The position numbers and the translations under genes were made by a program. From NCBI GenBank assembly GCA_945903275.1, contig CAMDNW010000001.1, positions 35,094-99,093 of the forward strand: a stretch of 64,000 nucleotides of DNA. Direction: 5' to 3'. This document shows positions 1-9,228 of the stretch, in pieces; the first letter of the stretch is position 1, and each line of letters opens with the position of its first letter. The notes beneath the pieces were generated by a model. The model worked only from the letters and a program-made list of their open reading frames with translations, did not search any database and was not told the DNA's origin. The DNA is from Thermoflexus hugenholtzii JAD2. GTDB lineage: Bacteria; Chloroflexota; Dehalococcoidia; UBA2979.

Positions 1-641
1 TGCGCCTCGGTGGTGGCGATGTCGTGTACCCACTGGCGCTCGACCGCGCCGTACCTCGGCGGGCGCGTGGGCACGTAGATGCCGGGGATGGTGGCGAGTT
101 CATCGAGCAGTTCGTCGCGAGAGCCGTAGAGGCCGTCGCGCCACGCGGCGACGAGGCTAGGGATGATCTCCTCGCCCTCGCCCACCACGATGGCGTCGAG
201 GAACGGCGCGACACCAGCGGGGTTGGTGAGCATGCATGCGCCGCCGGCGATCACCAGCGGGTCGCTCTCGTTGCGCTGCTCGGAGCGGAGCGGGATGCCG
301 GTGCTCTTGAGCGCCTGCACCATGTGCCAGTAGTCGAACTCGTAGGAGAGGGTGAACGCGACTACCGCGAAATCCGACAGGGGGCGCTGCGACTCCATCG
401 AGACGACCGGCTGCGGGCCGCGTGCGTCGCGGGCCGGTGGCTCGACGAAGGCGCGCTCGCAGACGAAGTCGTCGTAGGCGTTGAACAACGAGTAAACGGT
501 CTGCATCGCCAGGTTGGACATGCCGATGTAGTAGGAGTTGGGATACACGATCGCGATAGGGATGCGGCCACCCCAGTCGCGGACGATGTACCCCCGCTCC
601 CGGGCGAGGCGATCACGAGCGATTTGCCGAACGTCAGGCAT
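1..641 (-). CDS. Radical SAM protein (B12-binding-like N-terminal region), 5' part; runs off window start
   Basis: Hand translation from ATG at 641: MPDVRQIARDRLARERGYIVRDWGGRIPIAIVYPNSYYIGMSNLAMQTVY...; YPNxYxxGMSNL and later GGACMLTNP resemble YgiQ/TIGR03960-like radical SAM N-termini. Not in ORF track because it has no stop in the window. Confidence 0.75.
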   Translation of the reverse strand, partial: MPDVRQIARDRLARERGYIVRDWGGRIPIAIVYPNSYYIGMSNLAMQTVYSLFNAYDDFVCERAFVEPPARDARGPQPVVSMESQRPLSDFAVVAFTLSYEFDYWHMVQALKSTGIPLRSEQRNESDPLVIAGGACMLTNPAGVAPFLDAIVVGEGEEIIPSLVAAWRDGLYGSRDELLDELATIPGIYVPTRPPRYGAVERQWVHDIATTEA

Positions 642-679
642 TTGAACAGTCTAGTCCACCAGCAGCCGTAGCCGCCTGT

Positions 680-949
680 TCAGTCGTTGAAATACTTAGC
701 CTGCTCTTCCTCGTTCTTGCGGCGCTGCCGCCGGAGGTACCAGAGCACGCTTCCCCCGAAGACAACGATGGGAATCAGCGCCAGCCGACCGTCGGAGAAG
801 GAAACGACGAGCGTCAGGATCAGGCCAGCCATCACCCCAACGATCACCAGCATCACCGGCACGATCACCTGAAACGCCGCCATCACCATCATGAAGGTCT
901 CGTGCCATGAACTCGGCTCGTTTTCTTTCTGTGGCTCGTATCCGTACAT
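680..949 (-). CDS. Small two-TM membrane protein, hypothetical
   Basis: MYGYEPQKENEPSSWHETFMM... with two hydrophobic stretches and a basic RRQRRK tail; TACACT 7 nt upstream of ATG. Confidence 0.7.
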   Translation of the reverse strand: MYGYEPQKENEPSSWHETFMMVMAAFQVIVPVMLVIVGVMAGLILTLVVSFSDGRLALIPIVVFGGSVLWYLRRQRRKNEEEQAKYFND

Positions 950-984
950 GCGAATCAGTGTACGGCACCCAGCGAACCGGGGCT

Positions 985-1396
985 TCAGGCCGGTTCTCGC
1001 AGGAACACGATGCGGTCGAGGTCGCATGGCGAGTATCCGAGGCGGCTGAGGTCCACCGCCGCTTCACCCCGGAACTGCGTCCCGTGGTTTACCACATGCG
1101 CGATCAGATGTCCGAGCGGATTCGCGCGAGGCCGTCCGCCCGTGTCGTGGTATTCAACTACCTTCGCCACCGCCTCGTCGGTGAGGGTATCGCTGAACGA
1201 CTGCAACGCCGAGGCGTGCGCCATGCACCGCTCATGGAGCGCTTCGAATGATGGGCCAGCGCGCCCAAGATGCTGCCGTCGCTCAGGTCTGCGTCCGCGG
1301 TGAGCGCGGTATGGCCGCCCGCGCCCGCAGCGGCGAGCACACACTCGTTCGCCCAGTGGTTGCAGGCGAAGAGCAGCCGCGCGTGTGGGCATCCAC
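985..1396 (-). pseudogene. DinB-family protein, frameshifted
   Basis: N-terminal RLLFACNHWANECVL...GSILGALAH lies in the 1158..1454 frame; C-terminal LGHLIAHVVNHGTQFRGEAA...SPCDLD lies in the 985..1392 frame; the GTG GAT GCC start is in a third frame. Confidence 0.7.
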
Positions 1397-1407
1397 CGCT
1401 ACTTCGC

Positions 1408-2019
1408 CTATCCCGTCGCCAAGGCGGCCTGCGCCAGCCATACGCTGAGCGCATCGAGGAATGCGTTGCGCCGCTCCAGCTGGTCGCCGACGTGCCGCTC
1501 GATCAGCAGTTGCTCGAACTCGACCGGGTCGGCTTCCGGCGGGATGTGCATGATCTCGTCAGGCTCGATGGCGACTTTCATGTCGCGACTAGTCTCGAAC
1601 CGCTCGTTCACCACGAGCCCTCGTTGTCCGGCGGCCAGCGGCCAAGTAGCGTCGATGGTCATCCAGTCTGTGTCGACGCGCAGTCGCAGGAACATATGGA
1701 CATCGGGGATCGGGCCGGCTTCGAGATGCGCGCGCAACTCGTCCGGCAGCCACGGCAACTCCTCGGCGCGGAAGGAGTGCAGCGCGCAGATCAGCATCGC
1801 TCCGCCACCGAACTCCTCGTACAGCGCCTGCAATAGCAGGTGCTTGCCCGGGGCGGTTGCCTGCCATTCTGTGACGATCGTCCTAGGCTGGATACCGGAA
1901 GGCCTCGCGAAGGGCATGTCGCGCACCAGCGCAAAGATGGCAGCCTGCGTCAGCCGTTCGTCGTCGGGGAAGCGCGTTCGCGCTACCGCCGCCGTCTTGA
2001 AGTCCGCGAGTAGTCCCAT
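1408..2019 (-). CDS. Transglutaminase-like fold protein, catalytic Cys apparently replaced
   Basis: FALVRDMPF...EWQATAPGKHLLL...DVHMFLRL...IDATWP matches the GTCSGKH/H/DATWP family pattern as I recall it. Confidence 0.6.
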   Translation of the reverse strand: MGLLADFKTAAVARTRFPDDERLTQAAIFALVRDMPFARPSGIQPRTIVTEWQATAPGKHLLLQALYEEFGGGAMLICALHSFRAEELPWLPDELRAHLEAGPIPDVHMFLRLRVDTDWMTIDATWPLAAGQRGLVVNERFETSRDMKVAIEPDEIMHIPPEADPVEFEQLLIERHVGDQLERRNAFLDALSVWLAQAALATG

Positions 2020-2083
2020 GCGCGCGATCCTAATGCATTCCCGCTACCCCGGACGACGTGCTATTTGCGTCCGAGGAGGACTG

Positions 2084-2363
2084 GTGTTCCTTAAGACCTT
2101 CCCTCGTTAAGTCCGAGGCCCTCCAAGCTGCCCTTCGTGACCCACTCGGCTGAGTGAGCCTTGGTCATCCGCTGCCGGATGTCCGTACGGAGGACGCATC
2201 GATGGAACTACTGCAACTGGTGCGGCTACGGCAGGGCCGGGAGTAGTTCATCGCGGAGTTCGGCGAGCGGATGTATGCGCTGGCTGAGGCGAGCGCGCAC
2301 TGGTTTCCCTACATTTTGCTCGGCAAACTGTTGCCTGTGATGTACGTCCTTGAGCGGCGCTAG
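2084..2363 (+). pseudogene. Gene relic (possibly the C-terminus of a SAM-dependent methyltransferase)
   Basis: AGGAGG + GTG (2084) gives MFLKTFPR*; then 2202-2363 MELLQLVRLRQGRE*FIAEFGERMYALAEASAHWFPYILLGKLLPVMYVLERR* with internal TAG at 2244; its stop overlaps the nrdJ stop. Confidence 0.4.
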
Positions 2364-4594
2364 CCGCAGCGCGAGTACCCGCACGAGCGGCAGAGCAGGC
2401 AGCGCTCCGGGTAGTCCATTTGCGAGCTGCACTCCGGGCACGTCAGTCCCGAGGCGACTGAAGCCGTTGAGGCGGCATCGGTCACATGCTCCGAGAAGTA
2501 GAGCCGCAGCCAGCGGAAGATGTAGTCCAGCACGCTCGTCGCGAACGGCAGATCAGGGTTATTCGTCATGCCGTAGGGCTCGAAGCGTGTCTGTTCCAGT
2601 TTACTCGCCAGTTTGTCGAGGCTTACGCCGTACTGGAGCGCGATCGAGGTCAGCAGCGCCACGGCATCCGTCAGGCCCGACACCGTCGAGCCTTCCTTCG
2701 CCATCTTGATGAATACCTCGCCCGGCGTACCGTCCTCGAACATGCCGACGGTGATGTAGCCCTCTTGCTCACCGACGCGGAACTTGTGCGTCACCGCCGG
2801 CCGCTCGTCCGGCAGGTAACGCCGGTACGGTTCGGCTGCGCCCATGGGCGTCGAGGCTGCCGCTGGGGCACTGCCGTCGTGCGCGAGCACCTGCATGGTG
2901 CGGGAGCCGTCGCGGTAGACCGTTACACCCTTGCAGCCGAGCGCGAAGGCGCGCTCGTACACCGCGCGTACCTCGTTGACCGTCGCCTCATGGGGCAGGT
3001 TCACCGTCTTGGAGACCGCGAGGTCGGTGTGGGCCTGAAATGCGGCCTGCATGCGGACGTGCCACTCCCAACCGACCTCGTGCGCCGTGACGAAACGGCG
3101 CTTGGCCTCTGTGGGCACGCTGTCCTGTTCGTGCAGACGAGCGCCGCGCGCGAGGGCGTCCATCAGCTCCCGGCCGAAGAAGCCACCCTCGCGCGCGGCC
3201 CGCTCGAACACGGTGGACACCTCAGCGAGCATCGTGCCGTCGCCCATCCGCCGCATGTGGGCGAGCGAAAACAGCGGTTCGATGCCCGAGGAAGTGCCCG
3301 CGATGATCGCGATAGTGCCGGTCGGCGCGATGCAGGTACGCGTCGCGTTCCGGTAGCGCGGGCCGCGAGCATAGATTGAACGCTCCCAGTTCGGGAATAC
3401 GCTTTTCTCCTCGCCCAGCGCCGCCGAAGCTGCATCCGCCGCCTCGCCTATTGTGCGCGCCAGCCGTCCGGCGAGCGCCAGCGCGGCCTCCGAGTCGTAC
3501 GGCAGTCCCGCAGCGATCAGCAGGTCAGCGAACCCCATGATGCCGAGGCCGACCTTGCGGTTTCCACGCACTGCCTCGGCGATCTCAGGCAGCGGGAAGA
3601 TGTTCACCTCCACCACGTCGTCGAGGAAGCGCACGCCGAGTGCAACCGTCTCGCGTAGGGCGTCCCAATCGAGGTCGCCCAACGCGCCGTCCCAGAACCG
3701 CGCGACGTTGATCGAACCGAGCGTGCAGGCCTCCCACGGCAGCAGCGGCACCTCGCCACAGGGGTTAGTCGACTCGATCGCGCCCAGCGCGGGGGTTGGG
3801 TTGAAGCGGTTGATGGTGTCGAGGAACAGTAGTCCAGGGTCGCCCGTTTGCCAGGCCCCTTGCGCGATTTCGCCCAGCAGTGCCGAGGCGTCTTCCGTAC
3901 CACGAGGCTCGCCGGTGCGGGGGTCAAGGAGTTCGATCTCGCGCCCCTCGGCCGCCGCACGCATGAACTCGTCGGTCACCGCGATGGAGATGTTGAAGCG
4001 CTGCGCGGTGACGCCGTCGTCTTTCGCGTGGATGAACGCGCGCACATCCGGGTGGTCGGCGCGCAGCACGCCCATGTTCGCGCCGTCACGCTTCCCGCCT
4101 TGCGTCACGAGGCGTGAGACATCGTCGTAATGCCGCAGCACCGAGACTGGCCCGCACGCCGCGCCGTGCGTCGAGGCGATTGGTTCGCCCTCACCGCGCA
4201 GGCGCGAGAACGAGAAGCCCGTACCGCCACCGTACTTCTGCACCATCGCCGCGGCCTGCGCGGTGGACATGATCGATTCGAGGGTGTCCTCGACCGGCAG
4301 CACGAAGCATGCGGCGAGTGTCCCGCGCCCGGTGCCCGCGTTCATGAGAGTCGGTGAGTTGGGCAGGAAGCGCAGGCTCGCCATGGCGTCGTAGAACCGC
4401 TGTGCCCACGCGGCCCGCGCCTCGCGCGATGGCTCGGCTGCCGCGATCGCCTCGGCAACCCGAGCGAGCAGTCCTTCGGGCGTCTCGATGACCTCGTCAC
4501 GTTCGTTGCGCAGCAGATAACGCCTCGTGATGACGGTGCGGGCGTTCTCGGTCAGCGTGACCGGGTGCGCGATGACAGGTGGAGTGGTGACCAT
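2360..4594 (-). CDS. nrdJ: Adenosylcobalamin-dependent (class II) ribonucleotide reductase with TSCPD domain and C-terminal Zn ribbon
   Basis: PNSPTLMNAG, ACFV, TNPCGEVPL, IAPTGTI...SSGIEP, KGVTVYRDG, C-terminal CPEC...CRSCGYSRC; start set at MVTT after GAAGGA SD. Confidence 0.95.
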   Translation of the reverse strand: MVTTPPVIAHPVTLTENARTVITRRYLLRNERDEVIETPEGLLARVAEAIAAAEPSREARAAWAQRFYDAMASLRFLPNSPTLMNAGTGRGTLAACFVLPVEDTLESIMSTAQAAAMVQKYGGGTGFSFSRLRGEGEPIASTHGAACGPVSVLRHYDDVSRLVTQGGKRDGANMGVLRADHPDVRAFIHAKDDGVTAQRFNISIAVTDEFMRAAAEGREIELLDPRTGEPRGTEDASALLGEIAQGAWQTGDPGLLFLDTINRFNPTPALGAIESTNPCGEVPLLPWEACTLGSINVARFWDGALGDLDWDALRETVALGVRFLDDVVEVNIFPLPEIAEAVRGNRKVGLGIMGFADLLIAAGLPYDSEAALALAGRLARTIGEAADAASAALGEEKSVFPNWERSIYARGPRYRNATRTCIAPTGTIAIIAGTSSGIEPLFSLAHMRRMGDGTMLAEVSTVFERAAREGGFFGRELMDALARGARLHEQDSVPTEAKRRFVTAHEVGWEWHVRMQAAFQAHTDLAVSKTVNLPHEATVNEVRAVYERAFALGCKGVTVYRDGSRTMQVLAHDGSAPAAASTPMGAAEPYRRYLPDERPAVTHKFRVGEQEGYITVGMFEDGTPGEVFIKMAKEGSTVSGLTDAVALLTSIALQYGVSLDKLASKLEQTRFEPYGMTNNPDLPFATSVLDYIFRWLRLYFSEHVTDAASTASVASGLTCPECSSQMDYPERCLLCRSCGYSRCG

Positions 4595-4621
4595 GATTCC
4601 TTCACTGCTGAGTGCGATAAG

Positions 4622-4635
4622 AGAATATACGTTCC
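4622..4635. promoter_or_regulatory. Putative LexA/SOS box overlapping nrdJ promoter
   Basis: AGAATATACGTTCC (minus strand GGAAC-GTAT-ATTCT), one mismatch to the GAAC-N4-GTTC core, 27 bp upstream of nrdJ ATG. Confidence 0.4.
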
Positions 4636-4917
4636 CTGCTGCGCGCACTGCGGTCGCCCTCACTGAGATCGCTCTCCAGCTTGCGTGAAGTGGTGAGACG
4701 CCTGAATTGGGACTGACGCCGTCCCCAAAGTGATGTCGCCTAGTAGGCGCCTTTCTGCAGCAAAGCGGTGCCGATTTTTGGGGCCGCCCCTGCATCAGGA
4801 GTCGCCTTGAGTGACAACCGAAACTCCGTTGGTGCGAATTCGCACGTACTCTCAAGCGCCCCCCGCAACTCCTCAGTGCTGCGAGCGTTCTCGTCGTCGT
4901 ATTCGTGTGTCACGGGG

Positions 4918-5496
4918 CTACCGGCGAGCGAGGGCGGAGGGGGCGCTCTCGATCGGGGTGGGGGTGGTATCCAGCGGCAGATCGTCGATGCCGTTGAGCA
5001 GTCGCGCTAGTTCGTCGTCGAACAGCCGAGGCTGTTCGGCCGGCGGTACCGAGCTGAAGGTGATCTGGTCGAGTTCGTGCAGCATGTCCTCCACCGACAC
5101 GAACTGCCGGTAGACCGAGGCAAAGCGGATATAGGCGATTGGGTCGAGCAGTTTCAATTGCGTGATCGCCATCTCGCCGACCACACGGCTGGACACCTCG
5201 GCGCGTCCAGCCGCCATGAGCCGCTGCTCAATGTCGTTGACGATCGCCTCGACGGCGTTCGCGGGCAGCGGGCGCTTCTGTGCCGCCATGCGTAGCCCGT
5301 GCAGTAGCTTCTCGCGCTGGAACTCCTCGCGGCGGCCGTCCTTCTTGACGACCATAACCACCGAGGCTTGGTACTGCTCGTACGTCGTATACCGCTCGCC
5401 ACAGCTCTGACATTCGCGGCGGCGGCGGATGCCGCTCTCAGCGGTGCGAGAGTCGACGACGCGTGAGGACACCTGACCGCAGTACGGGCATTTCAT
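4918..5496 (-). CDS. nrdR: Transcriptional repressor NrdR
   Basis: MKCPYCG...VVDSR...IRRRRECQSCGERYTTYE, ATP cone VVKKDGRREEF, AYIRFASVYR. Confidence 0.97.
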   Translation of the reverse strand: MKCPYCGQVSSRVVDSRTAESGIRRRRECQSCGERYTTYEQYQASVVMVVKKDGRREEFQREKLLHGLRMAAQKRPLPANAVEAIVNDIEQRLMAAGRAEVSSRVVGEMAITQLKLLDPIAYIRFASVYRQFVSVEDMLHELDQITFSSVPPAEQPRLFDDELARLLNGIDDLPLDTTPTPIESAPSALARR

Positions 5497-5626
5497 GCGT
5501 GTGTAGTTGCTTTCGATGGGGGAGGAATGCGCTGTTCGCGCTGGAGTGAGAGGCAGTGAAGCATTCGCGGGCGGGCTCGGCAAGGCTGTACATCCACAGA
5601 CTTATCGACGGTGAACGCCGGAATAT

Positions 5627-5669
5627 GCACCAGCCCCGGCCCGTTGTGTCGGCAGGTCGGGGCTGGTGT
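5627..5669. terminator. 15-bp stem-loop downstream of ftsZ
   Basis: gcaccagccccggcc (5627-5641) / ggtcggggctggtgt (5655-5669). Confidence 0.45.
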
Positions 5670-5693
5670 GCGTAACTCGTGTGCGACGTGTGG

Positions 5694-7169
5694 TTAGCGC
5701 GTTGGGAATGTGCGCCGCAAGAACGTCGGCAGGTCGGATTCCGTCAGCATCTCGCTGCTCGGCTCCGACTGTAGGTCGGCCAGCCGGATCGGCTTCGGCT
5801 CGGCGGCAATACCGTCTAGCACATTCCGCATGGTCATCGGGCGCGCCTGCGAGAAGCCGGTGCCGATGACTGTGATGCGCACCTCATCCTGCAGTGACTC
5901 GTCGATCGCCGTACCGAAGATGATCTCGGCCTCGGGGTCGACGACCTCGGCGATGACGCGCGCCGCGGCGTTCAGTTCGTGCAGGCCCAGGTTTGCCGGG
6001 CCGGTGATGTTGAACAGCACGCCCTTTGCACCGGTGATGTCCACTTCCAGCAGCGGGCTGGAAATCGCGGCCCGTGCCGCCTCGACCGCACGATGTTCAC
6101 CTCGGCCGGTGCCAATCGCCATCAGGGCCGGGCCCGCGTCGGTCATGATCTTGCGCACGTCCGCGAAGTCGAGGTTCACGATGCCGGGCACCGTAATCAG
6201 TTCGCTGATGCCCTGGATGCCTTGCCGGAGCACGTCGTCCGCGATCTTGAATGCATCGGCCATAGAGACCTTGTCGTCGCAGATCTGGAGCAGCCGGTCG
6301 TTGGGGATCACGATCAGCGTGTCCACCTTCGACTGAAGGTCTCGCACGCCTTCCTCGGCCTGCTGCCGCCGCTTTGCGCCCTCGAACGCGAACGGCTTGG
6401 TCACGACGCCGATGGTGAGTGCGCCCATCTCACGGGCGACCTCGGCTACGATCGGTGCGGCGCCGGTGCCTGTCCCGCCGCCGAGGCAGGCGGTGACGAA
6501 CACCATCTCAGCGCCTTGCAGCGCTTCGGCGATTGCCTCGCGCGACTCCTCGGCCGCGCGCGAGCCGCGCAGGGGGTCGGCCCCGGCGCCCAGCCCTTTG
6601 GTGAGCCGGTCGCCGATGCGCACCTTCATTTCCGCGGCGCACTGCTGGAGTGCCTGCATGTCGGTGTTCATCGCGACGTACTGCACTCCCGGTAGCTTCG
6701 CCGAGATCATCCGGTTGACCGCGTTCGAACCACCACCGCCCACTCCCACGACTATGATCGGTGGCAACGTGTTGTACTGTCCCGCCATTGGAGTGGCCTC
6801 CGTCTCTGCTGGCGCAACCGCGCCGGCGTGCGCTGCATCCACGGTGTAGTGGGGGACCTCCGCGAGCGGTGCAGCTTCGCTCGTGGCGGATAATGGACTC
6901 GCTGGCGTGTCGCTGGCCGAGGCGGGCCGTGCGACGTGATAGATCGCCGCAAGCGGCGGTTCGATGCGGTCGTATTCGGAATACGTGCCTTGCGGCGGCA
7001 GCTCTGCGCTCAGGTCGAGCACCTCCAGCACCGTCGCGGCTGGTGCTGAGATACCCGGTGTGGCCTCGGCTGCGATCATGGCTTCGTCGCGGGCGCGTGC
7101 GGCAGCCAGATAGTCGAACAGCGTCTCGCGAGGTGTGAGCGGCCCGCCCGCTTCAGGTGTCCTCGTCAT
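5694..7169 (-). CDS. ftsZ: Cell division protein FtsZ (alternative internal start at 6788)
   Basis: [22 protein letters not shown] tubulin signature, NLDFADV, C-terminal DLPTFLRR; ATG at 7169 overlaps ftsA stop (ATGA); second ATG at 6788 with GGAGG. Confidence 0.97.
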   Translation of the reverse strand: MTRTPEAGGPLTPRETLFDYLAAARARDEAMIAAEATPGISAPAATVLEVLDLSAELPPQGTYSEYDRIEPPLAAIYHVARPASASDTPASPLSATSEAAPLAEVPHYTVDAAHAGAVAPAETEATPMAGQYNTLPPIIVVGVGGGGSNAVNRMISAKLPGVQYVAMNTDMQALQQCAAEMKVRIGDRLTKGLGAGADPLRGSRAAEESREAIAEALQGAEMVFVTACLGGGTGTGAAPIVAEVAREMGALTIGVVTKPFAFEGAKRRQQAEEGVRDLQSKVDTLIVIPNDRLLQICDDKVSMADAFKIADDVLRQGIQGISELITVPGIVNLDFADVRKIMTDAGPALMAIGTGRGEHRAVEAARAAISSPLLEVDITGAKGVLFNITGPANLGLHELNAAARVIAEVVDPEAEIIFGTAIDESLQDEVRITVIGTGFSQARPMTMRNVLDGIAAEPKPIRLADLQSEPSSEMLTESDLPTFLRRTFPTR

Positions 7170-8404
7170 TGCGGCAATATCACACGCATGAGCTGTGCCA
7201 CCTTTCTCATCAGCCCGCCGAGGGATGCGCTCGGCAGCAGTGGGGAGGAACGCAACATGATTTCCCGCTCCCTGACCGCCCCGCGGAGCAAGCCGACGGC
7301 GGTCGCATACGCGGGGTCGTGGAGCATGTCTGATAGCCCGGAGAGGTGATGCGGCCGGCCGATGCGCGCCGGGAGCGAGAGCACTTCCTCCGCGAGGTAT
7401 TCGATGCCCGGCAGGCTGGAGCCGCCGCCGGTGAGCACTACGCCTGCGGAGAGCACGTCCTGCTGGATGCCGCGCCGCACTTCGGCGGCCACCATCTCGA
7501 ACAGTTCTTCCGTACGGGCCTGGAGCACCTCTGCTATATACCGCCGTTGTACTGTCTTTTTGCCCGCTGAGCCGAAGGCGTCGATTTCCACTTCTTCGTG
7601 CTCGTCGACGAAGGAGGGGATCGCGTTGCCGTATTGGCGCTTTGCCAGTTCCGCCGCCATCTGCGGCACGCGCAGCGCGATGACGAGGTCGCGCGTGAAG
7701 TGCTGACCGCCCACCGGCAGCACCGCCGTGTGGACGACCGCGCCTTGCAGGTACACCGCGATGTCCGTCGTTCCGCCGCCGATATCGACGAGCACGACGC
7801 CTTGATCCATCTCCTCGCGGTCGATGACCGCCTCGGCGGAGGCGAGCGGCTGGAGGATGAGCGAGTCGTGATCGACGCCCGCGTTCCGGATGCACTGAAG
7901 CAGGTTGTGCACTGCGGAGGAGCTGGCCGTCACGACATGCGTCTCGACATCGAGGCGCGAGCCGAACATGCCTACGGGGTCGATGACGTCTGCCTGACCA
8001 TCTACCACGAAGTATCGAGGCACCACGTGGATCACCTCGCGGTTATTCGGGACGTTGACGATGCGCGCGCTCTCCAGCGCCCGTTGCACGTCGCCTTGCG
8101 TGATCGGGTGCCGTGGGTCGGCGATCGCCACGATCCCGCGGGAATTCATCGAGGAGATATGCGGCCCCCCGATGCCGACTTGGGCCGACATGATCGTGGT
8201 GCCCGACGCCATCGCCGCGCGTTCGACGGAAGACGCGATCGTCTCCGTCGCCGCGTGGATATTGTCCACCATGCCCTTCGTGAGGCCCGCCGACGGCGTC
8301 ACACCGGTTCCGAGGATCCGGATCTCGCCCGCGGCGACCTCCGCCACGATCGTCGCGACCTTGGTTGTGCCGATATCGATGGCTGCGAATGTGGGATTCG
8401 CCAT
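7166..8404 (-). CDS. ftsA: Cell division protein FtsA
   Basis: [31 protein letters not shown]-terminal amphipathic helix. Confidence 0.97.
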   Translation of the reverse strand: MANPTFAAIDIGTTKVATIVAEVAAGEIRILGTGVTPSAGLTKGMVDNIHAATETIASSVERAAMASGTTIMSAQVGIGGPHISSMNSRGIVAIADPRHPITQGDVQRALESARIVNVPNNREVIHVVPRYFVVDGQADVIDPVGMFGSRLDVETHVVTASSSAVHNLLQCIRNAGVDHDSLILQPLASAEAVIDREEMDQGVVLVDIGGGTTDIAVYLQGAVVHTAVLPVGGQHFTRDLVIALRVPQMAAELAKRQYGNAIPSFVDEHEEVEIDAFGSAGKKTVQRRYIAEVLQARTEELFEMVAAEVRRGIQQDVLSAGVVLTGGGSSLPGIEYLAEEVLSLPARIGRPHHLSGLSDMLHDPAYATAVGLLRGAVREREIMLRSSPLLPSASLGGLMRKVAQLMRVILPQ

Positions 8405-9228
8405 TAGCGCACCACCAGTTCCTTGCCGAAGCGCAAGTCGATCTCATTGACCTTCATGCGCTCGGCCTTGATGCGTTGACTCGTTGCCACCCACGCCGCC
8501 ACTTTGAACTCGTAGTCATGTGAGTCCCCGAAGATCGCCGTCGGCGCCCCGGCCATCCGGACCAATAGCCCCCGCGAACGTTCGAACTCGTATCGCTGCG
8601 GCTGTGCGCCCAGCTGCCCATAGGTGCCGTCGCTCTGCAGTCGCGTTACCAGCGCCACCGTATCCCGATCGACGCTCATGCCCGGTTCCAGCGGCTGTCC
8701 GACGCCTACCTCGTACACCGTCGGCGCGTTCGAGGTAGGCGCGCGAGCCTTGTCCACTACGCGGCCTTTAGCATCGATCACTGAGCGCGTGCCAAGCACC
8801 TGCCAGTAGCCCCAGCCCTGCCGCTCGGTCAGGTCGATCACCACACCCTGTGGCCAGTCCCGGTGTACACGCGCATCGATGACGCCCGGCAGCTCCCTGA
8901 TGCGCTGTTCTGCCCCCTGGCTGTCGAGGCGCAGCAGCGAGTGGCTGGCCAAACTAGCGGCCAGCGCAACCTGCTGTGGCTCGACTACCTGCGCGCCGAC
9001 TACTTGCACGTGCTTCACGCGTAGCAAATCGCTGCGGTAGAGCGCCGCGGTGCCCATGAGCAGTGCGGCGATAGCTGCACTGCTGCCTGCGGCGTACGCG
9101 AGTGCGCGCCATGGCACTCCACTGCCGCTGCCGCCGCGCGACTTGGATCGCTGCATGTAACTCGGTCCCAGCGTGTAGCGAGGGGCCGGCCGTGCTGGTT
9201 CGCGCCGTCCGAATCCGAAACTAGGCAT
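8404..9228 (-). CDS. ftsQ: Cell division protein FtsQ/DivIB
   Basis: Single TM, POTRA-like domain (VHRDWPQGVVIDLTER), C-terminal IDLRF; between ddl and ftsA. Confidence 0.88.
   Translation of the reverse strand: MPSFGFGRREPARPAPRYTLGPSYMQRSKSRGGSGSGVPWRALAYAAGSSAAIAALLMGTAALYRSDLLRVKHVQVVGAQVVEPQQVALAASLASHSLLRLDSQGAEQRIRELPGVIDARVHRDWPQGVVIDLTERQGWGYWQVLGTRSVIDAKGRVVDKARAPTSNAPTVYEVGVGQPLEPGMSVDRDTVALVTRLQSDGTYGQLGAQPQRYEFERSRGLLVRMAGAPTAIFGDSHDYEFKVAAWVATSQRIKAERMKVNEIDLRFGKELVVR

Noticed and set aside
2360-4594. Intein or intron in nrdJ
   Set aside because: Length and motif spacing are normal; no splice-junction or homing endonuclease motifs
4740-4913. 57-aa minus-strand ORF (GTG ACA CAC GAA...) between nrdR and nrdJ
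   Set aside because: No clear SD or recognisable motif; below the support threshold, though not excluded
4595-4917. Cobalamin riboswitch or NrdR boxes upstream of nrdJ
   Set aside because: No B12-box (GCCACTG, GGGAAG) and no convincing acaCwAtATaTwGtg match found by eye
5590-5600. DnaA-box-like acatccaca
   Set aside because: Two mismatches, single copy, no AT-rich origin context
7170-7895. Further upstream extension of the FtsZ ORF (733 aa)
   Set aside because: Lies inside ftsA in another frame and reads as Arg-rich non-coding translation
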